A stretch of 64,000 bases of DNA from Eledone cirrhosa (taxonomy: Eukaryota), in assembly GCA_964016885.1 (NCBI GenBank), contig OZ024742.1, positions 168,578,001 through 168,642,000 on the forward strand. Reading direction: 5' to 3'. Made by a program: the position numbers and the translations under genes. Shown here one piece after another: positions 23,685 through 38,350 of this stretch. The notes below the pieces were generated by a model. The model made no database searches. It saw only the letters and a program-made list of their open reading frames with translations, and was not told where the DNA came from. Numbering within the stretch: the first letter of the stretch is position 1; the number at the start of each line of letters is the position of its first letter.

Positions 23685-26600
23685 AATCATTAAAATCCCA
23701 TTAAAAATACATTAAAGGCCCATTAAAAACGCCATAAAAAATCCATTAAAAAAAATCCATTAAAAAAAAATTCAATCAAAAACCCATAAAAGAAACATTA
23801 AAACAGCATTTAAAAAACCCATTAAAAATTCATTAAAAAAATCCATTTAAAAAATCCATTAAAAATCCATTAAAAATCCATTAAAAATCCATTAAAAATC
23901 CATTAAAAATCCATTAAAAATAATCCATTAAAAAAAAATTCAATCAAAAACCCATAAAAGAAACATTAAAACAGCATTTAAAAAATCCATTAAAAAAATC
24001 CATTTAAAAAAATCCATTAAAAAAGCCATTAAAAATCCATTAAAAATCCATTAAAAAAATCCATTAAAAAAAAAATCCATTAAAAAAAATCCATTAAAAA
24101 TCCATTAAAAAAATCCATTTAAAAAAATCCATTAAAAATCCATTAAAAACCCATTAAAAATCCATTAAAAATCCATTAAAAATCCATTAAAAAATCCATT
24201 TAAAAAACCCATTAAAAAAATCCATTAAAAAATCCATTTAAAAATCCAGTAAAAAAAATCCATTTAAAAAAACCCATTAAAAAAAATCCATTAAAAAAAT
24301 CCATTTAAAAAATCCATAAAAAAAAATCCATAAAAAAAATCCATTAAAAAAAATCCATAAAAAAAAAATCCGTTAAAAAAAATCCATTAAAAATCCATTA
24401 AAAATCCATTAAAAATCCATTAATAATCCATTAAAAAAAATCAATTTAAAAAAATCCATTAAAAATCCATTAAAAAAATCCATTTAAAAAAATCCATTAA
24501 AAACCCATTAAAAATCCATTAAAAATCCATTAAAAAATCCATTTAAAAAAACCATTAAAAAAAATCCATTAAAAAAATCCATTTAAAAAATCCATTAAAA
24601 AAAAATCCATTAAAAAAAACCCATTAAAAAAAATCCATTAAAAAAATCCATTTAAAAAATCCATTAAAAAAAATCCATTAAAAAAAAACTCAATCAAAAA
24701 CCCATAAAAGAAACATTAAAACAGCATTTAAAAAATCCATTAAAAATCCATTAAAAAAATCCATTTAAAAAATCCATTAAAAAATCCATTAAAAATCCAT
24801 TAAAAATCCATTAAAAAATCCATTTAAAAAAATCCATTAAAAAAATCCATTTAAAAAATCCATTAAAAAATCCATTTAAAAAATCCATTAAAAAAAATCC
24901 ATTAAAAAAAACCATTAAAAAATCCATTAAAAAAAATCCCATTAAAAATACATTAAAGGCCCATTAAAAACGCCATAAAAAATCCGTTAAAAAAATCCAT
25001 TAAAAAAAAACTCAATCAAAAACCCATAAAAGAAACATTAAAACAGCATTTAAAAAATCCATTAAAAAAATCCATTAAAAAAAATCCATTAAAAAATCCA
25101 TTAAAAATCCATTAAAAATCCATTAAAAATCCATTAAAAATCCATTAAAAAATCCATTAAAAATCCATTAAAAATCCATTAAAAATCCATTAAAAAATCC
25201 ATTTAAAAAAATCCATTAAAAAAATCCATTAAAAAATCCATTTAAAAAATCCATTTAAAAAAATCCATTAAAAAAAATCCATTAAAAAAAAATCCATTAA
25301 AAAAAATCCATTAAAAAAAAAATCCGTTAAAAAAAATCCATTAAAAACTCAATCAAACACCCAATTAAAAGGCCATAAAAGAAACATTAAAACAGCATTT
25401 AAAATACCATTAAAAACGCCATAAAAATCATTAAAATCCAATTAAAGATACATTAAAGGCCCATTAAAAACGCCATAAAAAATCCATTAAAAATATCCAT
25501 TAAAAAAACTCAATCAAAAGCCCATAAAAGAAACATTAAAACAGCATTTAAAAAATCCATTAAAAATCCATTAAAAAAATCCATTTAATAAAATCCATTA
25601 AAAATCCATTAAAAATCCATTAAAAATCCATTAAAAATCCATTAAAAATCCATTAAAAATCCATTAAAAAACCCATTTAAAAAAATCCATTAAAAAAATC
25701 CATTAAAAAAATCCATTAAAAAAAGCCATTAAAAAAATCCATTTAAAAAAAGCCATTAAAAAAATCCATTAAAAAAAAATCCATTAAAAATCCATTAAAA
25801 AAATCCATTAAAAACCCATTAAAAATCCATTAAAAAATCCATTAAAAAACCCATTAAAAAAAATCCATTAGAAAAATCCATTTAAAAAATCCATTAAAAA
25901 AAAATCCATTTAAAAAACCCATTAAAAAAAATCCATTAAAAAAATCCATTTAAAAAATCCATTTAAAAAATCCATTAAAAAAATCCATTTAAAAAATCCA
26001 TAAAAAAAAACCATTAAAAAAAATCCATTAAAAAAAAATCCATTAAAAAAAATCCATTAAAAAAAATCCATTAAAAATCCATTAAAAAAAATCCATTTAA
26101 AAAAAATTCATTAAAAAATCCATTAAAAATCCATTAAAAATCCATTTAAAAAAATCCATTTAAAAAATCCATTTAAAAAACCCATTACAAAAAATACATT
26201 AAAAAAAATCCATAAAAAAAAAAGCCATTAAAAAAAATCCATTAAAAAAAATCTATTAAAAATCCATTAAAAATCCATTAAAAATCCATTAAAAATCCAT
26301 TAAAAATCCATTAAAAATCCATTAAAAAGCCATTAAAAATCCATTAAAATCCATTAAAAATCCATTAAAAATCCATTAAAAATCCATTAAAAATCCATTA
26401 AAAAATCCATTTAAAAAAATCCATTAAAAAATCCATTAAAAAATCCATTTAAAAAATCCATTAAAAAAATCCATTAAAAAAAAATCCATTAAAAAAAAAA
26501 TCCATTAAAAAAAATCAATTTAAAAAAATCCATTAAAAATCCATTAAAAAAATCCATTTAAAAAAATCCATTAAAAACCCATTAAAAACCCATTAAAAAT

Positions 26601-28575
26601 CCATTAAAAATCCATTTAAAAAACCCATTAAAAAAAATCCATTAAAAAAAATCCATTTAAAAAATCCATTTAAAAAAATCCATTAAAAATCCATTAAAAA
26701 TCCATTAAAAAATCCATTTAAAAAAATCCATTAAAAAAATCCATTAAAAAAATCCATTAAAAAAAGCCATTAAAAAAATCCATTTAAAAAAAGCCATTAA
26801 AAAAATCCATTAAAAAAAAATCCATTAAAAATCCATTAAAAAAATCCATTTAAAAAAATCCATTAAAAACCCATTAAAAATCCATTAAAAAATCCATTAA
26901 AAAACCCATTAAAAAAAATCCATTAGAAATATCCATTTAAAAAATCCATTAAAAAAAAATCCATTTAAAAAACCCATTAAAAAAAATCCATTAAAAAAAT
27001 CCATTTAAAAAATCCATTTAAAAAATCCATTAAAAAAATCCATTTAAAAAATCCATAAAAAAAAACCATTAAAAAAAATCCATTAAAAAAAAATCCATTA
27101 AAAAAAATCCATTAAAAAAAATCCATTAAAAATCCATTAAAAAAAATCCATTTAAAAAAAATTCATTAAAAAATCCATTAAAAATCCATTAAAAATCCAT
27201 TTAAAAAAATCCATTTAAAAAATCCATTTAAAAAACCCATTACAAAAAATACATTAAAAAAAATCCATAAAAAAAAAAGCCATTAAAAAAAATCCATTAA
27301 AAAAAATCTATTAAAAATCCATTAAAAATCCATTAAAAATCCATTAAAAATCCATTAAAAATCCATTAAAAATCCATTAAAAAGCCATTAAAAATCCATT
27401 AAAATCCATTAAAAATCCATTAAAAATCCATTAAAAATCCATTAAAAATCCATTAAAAAATCCATTTAAAAAAATCCATTAAAAAATCCATTAAAAAATC
27501 CATTTAAAAAATCCATTAAAAAAATCCATTAAAAAAAAATCCATTAAAAAAAAAATCCATTAAAAAAAATCAATTTAAAAAAATCCATTAAAAATCCATT
27601 AAAAAAATCCATTTAAAAAAATCCATTAAAAACCCATTAAAAACCCATTAAAAATCCATTAAAAATCCATTTAAAAAACCCATTAAAAAAAATCCATTAA
27701 AAAAAATCCATTTAAAAAATCCATTTAAAAAAATCCATTAAAAAAATCCATTAAAAAAATCCATTAAAAAAATCCATTTAAAAAATCCATTAAAAAAAAT
27801 TCATTAAAAAAAAATCCATAAAAAAATCCATTAAAAAAATCCATTTAAAAAAATCCATTAAAAAAAATACATTAAAAATCCATTAAAAAAATCCATTAAA
27901 AAAAATCCATTAAAAAATCCATTAAAAAACCCATTAAAAATCCATTAAAAATCCATTAAAAATCCATTAAAAATCCATTTAAAAAACCCATTAAAAAAAT
28001 CCATTTAAAAAACCCATTAAAAAAAGCCATTAAAAAATCCATTTAAAAAATCCATTAAAAAAAATCCATTTAAAACAACCCATTAAAAAAATCCATTAAA
28101 AAAAACCCATTAAAAAAAATCCATTAAAAAAATCCATTTAAAAAATCCATTAAAAAAAATCCATTAAAAAAAATCCATAAAAAAATCCATTAAAAAAATC
28201 CATTAAAAATCCATTAAAAAAAATCCATTTAAAAAAGCCATTAAAAAATCCATTAAAAATCCATTAAAAATCCATTTAAAAAACCCATTAAAAAATCCAT
28301 TAAAAAAATCCATTTAAAAAATCCATTAAAAAAAATCCATTTAAAAAAACTCATTTAAAAAAATCCATTAAAAAAATCCATTTAAAAAATCCATTAAAAA
28401 AAATCCATTAAAAAAATCCATAAAAAAAATCCATTAAAAAAAAATCCATTAAAAAAAAATCCGTTAAAAAAAATCCATTAAAAACTCAATCAAAAACCCA
28501 ATTAAAAGGCCATAAAAGAAACATTAAAACAGCATTTAAAATACCATTAAAAACGCCATAAAAAATCATTAAAAT

Positions 28576-28631
28576 TGTTTTTTATGAAATTTATAATATG
28601 GCTTTTAATGAATTTTTTAATGGGCTTTTAG
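28576..28631 (-). repeat. Inverted 56-bp segment, copy 9 (GAATT allele)
   Basis: Identical to copy 2. Confidence 0.95.
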
Positions 28632-30069
28632 AATCATTAAAATCCCATTAAAAATACATTAAAGGCCCATTAAAAACGCCATAAAAAATCCATTAAAAAA
28701 ATCCATTAAAAAAAAACTCAATCAAAAACACATAAAAGAAACATTAAAACAGCATTTAAAAAATCCATTAAAAATCCATTAAAAAAAAATCCATTAAAAA
28801 AATCCATTAAAAATCCATTAAAAAAATCCATTTAAAAAAATCCATTAAAAAATCCATTAAAAACCCATTAAAAATCCATTAAAAATCCATTAAAAATCCA
28901 TTAAAAAATCCATTTAAAAAACCCATTAAAAAAATCCATTAAAAAATCCATTTAAAAATCCATTAAAAAAAATCCATTTAAAAAAACCCATTAAAAAAAA
29001 TCCATTAAAAAAATCCATTTAAAAAATCCATAAAAAAAATCCATAAAAAAAATCCATTAAAAAAAATCCATTAAAAAAAAAATCCGTTAAAAAAAATCCA
29101 TTAAAAATCCATTAAAAATCCATTAAAAATCCATTAAAAATCCATTAAAAATCCATTAAAAATCCATTTAAAAAAATCCATTAAAAAAATCCATTAAAAA
29201 AATCCATTTAAAAAATCCATTAAAAAAAATCCATTAAAAAAAAATCCATTAAAAAAAATCCATTAAAAAAAAATCAATTTAAAAAAATCCATTAAAAATC
29301 CATTAAAAAAATCCATTTAAAAAAATCCATTAAAAACCCATTAAAAATCCATTAAAAATCCATTAAAAAATCCATTTAAAAAAACCATTAAAAAAAATCC
29401 ATTAAAAAAATCCATTTAAAAAATCCATTAAAAAAAAATCCATTAAAAAAATCCATTTAAAAAATCCATTAAAAAAAATCCATTAAAAAAAACTCAATCA
29501 AAAACCCATAAAAGAAACATTAAAACAGCATTTAAAAAATCCATTAAAAATCCATTAAAAGAATCCATTTAAAAAATCCATTAAAAAATCCATTAAAAAT
29601 CCATTAAAAATCCATTAAAAAATCCATTTAAAAAAATCCATTAAAAAAATCCTTTAAAAAATCCATTAAAAAATCCATTTAAAAAATCCATTAAAAAAAA
29701 TCCATTAAAAAAAACCATTAAAAAATCCATTAAAAAAAATCCCATTAAAAATACATTAAAAATCCATTAAAAATCCATTAAAAAATCCATTAAAAATCCA
29801 TTAAAAATCCATTAAAAATCCATTAAAAAATCCATTAAAAAAAATCCATTAAAAAAATCCATTAAAAAATCCATTTAAAAAATCCATTTAAAAAAATCCA
29901 TTAAAAAAAATCCATTAAAAAAAATCCATTAAAAAAATCCATTAAAAAAAAAATCCGTTAAAAAAAATCCATTAAAAACTCAATCAAACACCCAATTAAA
30001 AGGCCATAAAAGAAACATTAAAACAGCATTTAAAATACCATTAAAAACGCCATAAAAAATCATTAAAAT

Positions 30070-30125
30070 TGTTTTTTATGAAATTTATAATATGGCTTTT
30101 AATGAACTTTTTAATGGGCTTTTAG
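30070..30125 (-). repeat. Inverted 56-bp segment, copy 10 (GAACT allele)
   Basis: Identical string and flanks to copy 1. Confidence 0.95.
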
Positions 30126-33100
30126 AATCATTAAAATCCCATTAAAAATACATTAAAGGCCCATTAAAAACGCCATAAAAAATCCATTAAAAAAAATCCA
30201 TTAAAAAAAAATTCAATCAAAAACCCATAAAAGAAACATTAAAACAGCATTTAAAAAACCCATTAAAAATTCATTAAAAAAATCCATTTAAAAAATCCAT
30301 TAAAAATCCATTAAAAATCCATTAAAAATCCATTAAAAATCCATTAAAAATCCATTAAAAATAATCCATTAAAAAAAAATTCAATCAAAAACCCATAAAA
30401 GAAACATTAAAACAGCATTTAAAAAATCCATTAAAAAAATCCATTTAAAAAAATCCATTAAAAAAGCCATTAAAAATCCATTAAAAATCCATTAAAAAAA
30501 TCCATTAAAAAAAAATCCATTAAAAAAAATCCATTAAAAATCCATTAAAAAAATCCATTTAAAAAAATCCATTAAAAATCCATTAAAAACCCATTAAAAA
30601 TCCATTAAAAATCCATTAAAAATCCATTAAAAAATCCATTTAAAAAACCCATTAAAAAAATCCATTAAAAAATCCATTTAAAAATCCAGTAAAAAAAATC
30701 CATTTAAAAAAACCCATTAAAAAAAATCCATTAAAAAAATCCATTTAAAAAATCCATAAAAAAAAATCCATAAAAAAAATCCATTAAAAAAAATCCATTA
30801 AAAAAAAAATCCGTTAAAAAAAATCCATTAAAAATCCATTAAAAATCCATTAAAAATCCATTAAAAATCCATTAAAAATCCATTTAAAAAAATCCATTAA
30901 AAAAATCCATTAAAAAAATCCATTTAAAAAATCCATAAAAAAAAATCCATTAAAAAAAATCCATTAAAAAAAATCCATTAAAAAAAATCAATTTAAAAAA
31001 ATCCATTAAAAATCCATTAAAAAAATCCATTTAAAAAAATCCATTAAAAACCCATTAAAAATCCATTAAAAATCCATTAAAAATCCATTAAAAAATCCAT
31101 TTAAAAAACCCATTAAAAAAATCCATTAAAAAATCCATTTAAAAATCCAGTAAAAAAAATCCATTTAAAAAAACCCATTAAAAAAAATCCATTAAAAAAA
31201 TCCATTTAAAAAATCCATAAAAAAAAATCCATAAAAAAAAATCCATTAAAAAAAATCCATTAAAAAAAAATCCGTTAAAAAAAATCCATTAAAAAAAAAT
31301 CCGTTCAAAAAATCCATTAAAAGCTCAATCCCATTAAAAACGCCATAAAAATCATTAAAATCCAATTAAAGATACATTAAAGGCCCATTAAAAACGCCAT
31401 AAAAAATCCATTAAAAAAATCCATTAAAAAAACTCAATCAAAAACCCATAAAAGAAACATTAAAACAGCATTTAAAAAATCCATTAAAAATCCATTAAAA
31501 AAATCCATTTAATAAAATCCATTAAAAAATCCATTAAAAATCCATTAAAAATCCATTAAAAATCCATTAAAAATCCATTAAAAATCCATTAAAAAACCCA
31601 TTTAAAAAAATCCATTAAAAAAATCCATTAAAAAAATCCATTAAAAAAAGCCATTAAAAAAATCCATTTAAAAAAAGCCATTAAAAAAATCCATTTAAAA
31701 AAAATCCATTAAAAATCCATTAAAAAAATCCATTTAAAAAAATCCATTAAAAACCCATTAAAAATCCATTAAAAAATCCATTAAAAAACCCATTAAAAAA
31801 AATCCATTAGAAAAATCCATTTAAAAAATCCATTAAAAAAAAATCCATTTAAAAAACCCATTAAAAAAAATCCATTAAAAAAATCCATTTAAAAAATCCA
31901 TTTAAAAAATCCATTAAAAAAATCCATTTAAAAAATCCATAAAAAAAAACCATTAAAAAAAATCCATTAAAAAAAAATCCATTAAAAAAAATCCATTAAA
32001 AAAAATCCATTAAAAATCCATTAAAAAAAATCCATTTAAAAAAAATTCATTAAAAAATCCATTAAAAATCCATTAAAAATCCATTTAAAAAAATCCATTT
32101 AAAAAATCCATTTAAAAAACCCATTACAAAAAATACATTAAAAAAAATCCATAAAAAAAAAAGCCATTAAAAAAAATCCATTAAAAAAAATCTATTAAAA
32201 ATCCATTAAAAATCCATTAAAAATCCATTAAAAATCCATTAAAAATCCATTAAAAAGCCATTAAAAATCCATTAAAATCCATTAAAAATCCATTAAAAAT
32301 CCATTTAAAAAACCCATTAAAAAAAATCCATTAAAAAAAATCCATTTAAAAAATCCATTTAAAAAAATCCATTAAAAAAACCCATTAAAAAAATCCATTA
32401 AAAAAATCCATTTAAAAAATCCATTAAAAAAAATTCATTAAAAAAAAATCCATAAAAAAATCCATTAAAAAAATCCATTTAAAAAAATCCATTAAAAAAA
32501 ATCCATTAAAAATCCATTAAAAAAATCCATTAAAAAAAATCCATTAAAAAATCCATTAAAAAACCCATTAAAAATCCATTAAAAATCCATTAAAAATCCA
32601 TTAAAAATCCATTTAAAAAACCCATTAAAAAAATCCATTTAAAAAACCCATTAAAAAAAGCCATTAAAAAATCCATTTAAAAAATCCATTAAAAAAAATC
32701 CATTTAAAACAACCCATTAAAAAAATCCATTAAAAAAAACCCATTAAAAAAAATCCATTAAAAAAATCCATTTAAAAAATCCATTAAAAAAAATCCATTA
32801 AAAAAAATCCATAAAAAAATCCATTAAAAAAATCCATTAAAAATCCATTAAAAAAAATCCATTTAAAAAAGCCATTAAAAAATCCATTAAAAATCCATTA
32901 AAAATCCATTTAAAAAACCCATTAAAAAAAATCCATTAAAAAAATCCATTTAAAAAATCCATAAAAAAAAATCCATAAAAAAAATCCATTAAAAAAAATC
33001 CATTAAAAAAAAATTCAATCAAAAACCCATAAAAGAAACATTAAAACATCATTTAAAAAACCCATTAAAAATTCATTAAAAAAATCCATTTAAAAAATCC

Positions 33101-36100
33101 ATTAAAAATCCATTAAAAATCCATTAAAAATCCATTAAAAATCCATTAAAAATCCATTAAAAATAATCCATTAAAAAAAAATTCAATCAAAAACCCATAA
33201 AAGAAACATTAAAACAGCATTTAAAAAATCCATTAAAAAAATCCATTTAAAAAAATCCATTAAAAAAGCCATTAAAAATCCATTAAAAATCCATTAAAAA
33301 AATCCATTAAAAAAAAATCCATTAAAAAAATCCATTAAAAATCCATTAAAAAAATCCATTTAAAAAAATCCATTAAAAATCCATTAAAAACCCATTAAAA
33401 ATCCATTAAAAATCCATTAAAAATCCATTAAAAAATCCATTTAAAAAACCCATTAAAAAAATCCATTAAAAAATCCATTTAAAAATCCAGTAAAAAAAAT
33501 CCATTTTAAAAAACCCATTAAAAAAAATCCATTAAAAAAATCCATTTAAAAAATCCATAAAAAAAAATCCATAAAAAAAATCCATTAAAAAAATCCATTA
33601 AAAAAAAAATCCGTTAAAAAAAATCCATTAAAAATCCATTAAAAATCCATTAAAAATCCATTAAAAATCCATTAAAAATCCATTTAAAAAAATCCATTAA
33701 AAAAATCCATTAAAAAAATCCATTTAAAAAATCCATTAAAAAAAATCCATTAAAAAAAAATCCATTAAAAAAAATCCATTAAAAAAAATCAATTTAAAAA
33801 AATCCATTAAAAATCCATTAAAAAAATCCATTTAAAAAAATCCATTAAAAACCCATTAAAAATCCATTAAAAATCCATTAAAAAATCCATTTAAAAAAAC
33901 CATTAAAAAAAATCCATTAAAAAAATCCATTTAAAAAATCCATTAAAAAAAAATCCATTAAAAAAAACCCATTAAAAAAAATCCATTAAAAAAATCCATT
34001 TAAAAAATCCATTAAAAAAAATCCATTAAAAAAAACTCAATCAAAAACCCATAAAAGAAACATTAAAACAGCATTTAAAAAATCCATTAAAAATCCATTA
34101 AAAAAATCCATTTAAAAAATCCATTAAAAAATCCATTAAAAATCCATTAAAAATCCATTAAAAAATCCATTTAAAAAAATCCATTAAAAAAATCCATTTA
34201 AAAAATCCATTAAAAAATCCATTTAAAAAATCCATTAAAAAAAATCCATTAAAAAAAACCATTAAAAAATCCATTAAAAAAAATCCCATTAAAAATACAT
34301 TAAAGGCCCATTAAAAACGCCATAAAAAATCCATTAAAAAAATCCATTAAAAAAAAACTCAATCAAAAACCCATAAAAGAAACATTAAAACAGCATTTAA
34401 AAAATCCATTAAAAAAATCCATTAAAAAAAATCCATTAAAAAATCCATTAAAAATCCATTAAAAATCCATTAAAAATCCATTAAAAATCCATTAAAAAAT
34501 CCATTAAAAATCCATTAAAAATCCATTAAAAATCCATTAAAAATCCATTAAAAAATCCATTTAAAAAAATCCATTAAAAAAATCCATTAAAAAATCCATT
34601 TAAAAAATCCATTTAAAAAAATCCATTAAAAAAAATCCATTAAAAAAAAATCCATTAAAAAAAATCCATTAAAAAAAAAATCCGTTAAAAAAAATCCATT
34701 AAAAACTCAATCAAACACCCAATTAAAAGGCCATAAAAGAAACATTAAAACAGCATTTAAAATACCATTAAAAACGCCATAAAAATCATTAAAATCCAAT
34801 TAAAGATACATTAAAGGCCCATTAAAAACGCCATAAAAAATCCATTAAAAATATCCATTAAAAAAACTCAATCAAAAACCCATAAAAGAAACATTAAAAC
34901 AGCATTTAAAAAATCCATTAAAAATCCATTAAAAAAATCCATTTAATAAAATCCATTAAAAATCCATTAAAAATCCATTAAAAATCCATTAAAAATCCAT
35001 TAAAAATCCATTAAAAATCCATTAAAAAACCCATTTAAAAAAATCCATTAAAAAAATCCATTAAAAAAATCCATTAAAAAAAGCCATTAAAAAAATCCAT
35101 TTAAAAAAAGCCATTAAAAAAATCCATTAAAAAAAAATCCATTAAAAATCCATTAAAAAAATCCATTTAAAAAAATCCATTAAAAACCCATTAAAAATCC
35201 ATTAAAAAATCCATTAAAAAACCCATTAAAAAAAATCCATTAGAAAAATCCATTTAAAAAATCCATTAAAAAAAATCCATTTAAAAAATCCATAAAAAAA
35301 AACCATTAAAAAAAATCCATTAAAAAAAAATCCATTAAAAAAAATCCATTAAAAAAAATCCATTAAAAATCCATTAAAAAAAATCCATTTAAAAAAAATT
35401 CATTAAAAAATCCATTAAAAATCCATTAAAAATCCATTTAAAAAAATCCATTTAAAAAATCCATTTAAAAAACCCATTACAAAAAATACATTAAAAAAAA
35501 TCCATAAAAAAAAAATCCATTAAAAAAAAGCCATTAAAAAAAATCTATTAAAAATCCATTAAAAATCCATTAAAAATCCATTAAAAATCCATTAAAAATC
35601 CATTAAAAATCCATTAAAAAGCCATTAAAAATCCATTAAAATCCATTAAAAATCCATTAAAAATCCATTAAAAATCCATTAAAAAATCCATTTAAAAAAA
35701 TCCATTAAAAAATCCATTAAAAAATCCATTTAAAAAATCCATTAAAAAAATCCATTAAAAAAAAATCCATTAAAAAAAAAATCCATTAAAAAAAATCAAT
35801 TTAAAAAATCCATTAAAAATCCATTAAAAAAATCCATTTAAAAAAATCCATTAAAAACCCATTAAAAACCCATTAAAAATCCATTAAAAATCCATTTAAA
35901 AAACCCATTAAAAAAAATCCATTAAAAAAAATCCATTTAAAAAATCCATTAAAAAAAATCCATTAAAAAAACCCATTAAAAAAATCCATTAAAAAAATCC
36001 ATTTAAAAAATCCATTAAAAAAAATTCATTAAAAAAAAATCCATAAAAAAATCCATTAAAAAAATCCATTTAAAAAAATCCATTAAAAAAAATCCATTAA

Positions 36101-36799
36101 AAATCCATTAAAAAAATCCATTAAAAAAAATCCATTAAAAAATCCATTAAAAAACCCATTAAAAATCCATTAAAAATCCATTAAAAATCCATTAAAAATC
36201 CATTTAAAAAACCCATTAAAAAAATCCATTAAAAAAACCCATTAAAAAAAGCCATTAAAAAATCCATTTAAAAAATCCATTAAAAAAAATCCATTTAAAA
36301 CAACCCATTAAAAAAAATCCATTAAAAAAAACCCATTAAAAAAAATCCATTAAAAAAATCCATTTAAAAAATCCATTAAAAAAAATCCATTAAAAAAAAT
36401 CAATAAAAAAATCCATTAAAAAAATCCATTAAAAATCCATTAAAAAAAATCCATTTAAAAAAGCCATTAAAAAATCCATTAAAAATCCATTAAAAATCCA
36501 TTTAAAAAACCCATTAAAAAATCCATTAAAAAAATCCATTTAAAAAATCCATTAAAAAAAATCCATTTAAAAAAACCCATTAAAAAAATCCATTAAAAAA
36601 ATCCATTTAAAAAATCCATTAAAAAAAATCCATTAAAAAAATCCATAAAAAAAATCCATTAAAAAAAATCCATTAAAAAAAAATCCGTTAAAAAAAATCC
36701 ATTAAAAACTCAATCAAAAACCCAATTAAAAGGCCATAAAAGAAACATTAAAACAGCATTTAAAATACCATTAAAAACGCCATAAAAAATCATTAAAAT

Positions 36800-36855
36800 T
36801 GTTTTTTATGAAATTTATAATATGGCTTTTAATGAATTTTTTAATGGGCTTTTAG
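36800..36855 (-). repeat. Inverted 56-bp segment, copy 11 (GAATT allele)
   Basis: Identical to copy 2. Confidence 0.95.
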
Positions 36856-38294
36856 AATCATTAAAATCCCATTAAAAATACATTAAAGGCCCATTAAAAA
36901 CGCCATAAAAAATCCATTAAAAAAATCCATTAAAAAAAAACTCAATCAAAAACACATAAAAGAAACATTAAAACAGCATTTAAAAAATCCATTAAAAATC
37001 CATTAAAAAAAAATCCATTAAAAAAATCCATTAAAAATCCATTAAAAAAATCCATTTAAAAAAATCCATTAAAAAATCCATTAAAAACCCATTAAAAATC
37101 CATTAAAAATCCATTAAAAATCCATTAAAAATCCATTAAAAAATCCATTTAAAAAACCCATTAAAAAAATCCATTAAAAAATCCATTTAAAAATCCATTA
37201 AAAAAAATCCATTTAAAAAAACCCATTAAAAAAAATCCATTAAAAAAATCCATTTAAAAAATCCATTAAAAATATCCATTAAAAAAAAATCCATTAAAAA
37301 AAATCCATTAAAAAAAAAATCCGTTAAAAAAAATCCATTAAAAATCCATTAAAAATCCATTAAAAATCCATTAAAAATCCATTAAAAATCCATTTAAAAA
37401 AATCCATTAAAAAAATCCATTAAAAAAATCCATTTAAAAAATCCATTAAAAAATATCCATTAAAAAAAATCCATTAAAAAAAATCCATTAAAAAAAATCA
37501 ATTTAAAAAAATCCATTAAAAATCCATTAAAAAAATCCATTTAAAAAAATCCATTAAAAACCCATTAAAAATCCATTAAAAATCCATTAAAAAATCCATT
37601 TAAAAAAACCATTAAAAAAAATCCATTAAAAAAATCCATTTAAAAAATCCATTAAAAAAAAATCCATTAAAAAAATCCATTTAAAAAATCCATTAAAAAA
37701 AATCCATTAAAAAAAACTCAATCAAAAACCCATAAAAGAAACATTAAAACAGCATTTAAAAAATCCATTAAAAATCCATTAAAAGAATCCATTTAAAAAA
37801 TCCATTAAAAAATCCATTAAAAATCCATTAAAAATCCATTAAAAAATCCATTTAAAAAAATCCATTAAAAAAATCCTTTAAAAAATCCATTAAAAAATCC
37901 ATTTAAAAAATCCATTAAAAAAAATCCATTAAAAAAAACCATTAAAAAATCCATTAAAAAAAATCCCATTAAAAATACATTTAAAATCCATTAAAAATCC
38001 ATTAAAAAATCCATTAAAAATCCATTAAAAATCCATTAAAAATCCATTAAAAAATCCATTAAAAAAAATCCATTAAAAAAATCCATTAAAAAATCCATTT
38101 AAAAAATCCATTTAAAAAAATCCATTAAAAAAAATCCATTAAAAAAAATCCATTAAAAAAAATCCATTAAAAAAAAAATCCGTTAAAAAAAATCCATTAA
38201 AAACTCAATCAAACACCCAATTAAAAGGCCATAAAAGAAACATTAAAACAGCATTTAAAATACCATTAAAAACGCCATAAAAAATCATTAAAAT

Positions 38295-38350
38295 TGTTTT
38301 TTATGAAATTTATAATATGGCTTTTAATGAACTTTTTAATGGGCTTTTAG
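38295..38350 (-). repeat. Inverted 56-bp segment, copy 12 (GAACT allele)
   Basis: Identical string and flanks to copy 1. Confidence 0.95.
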
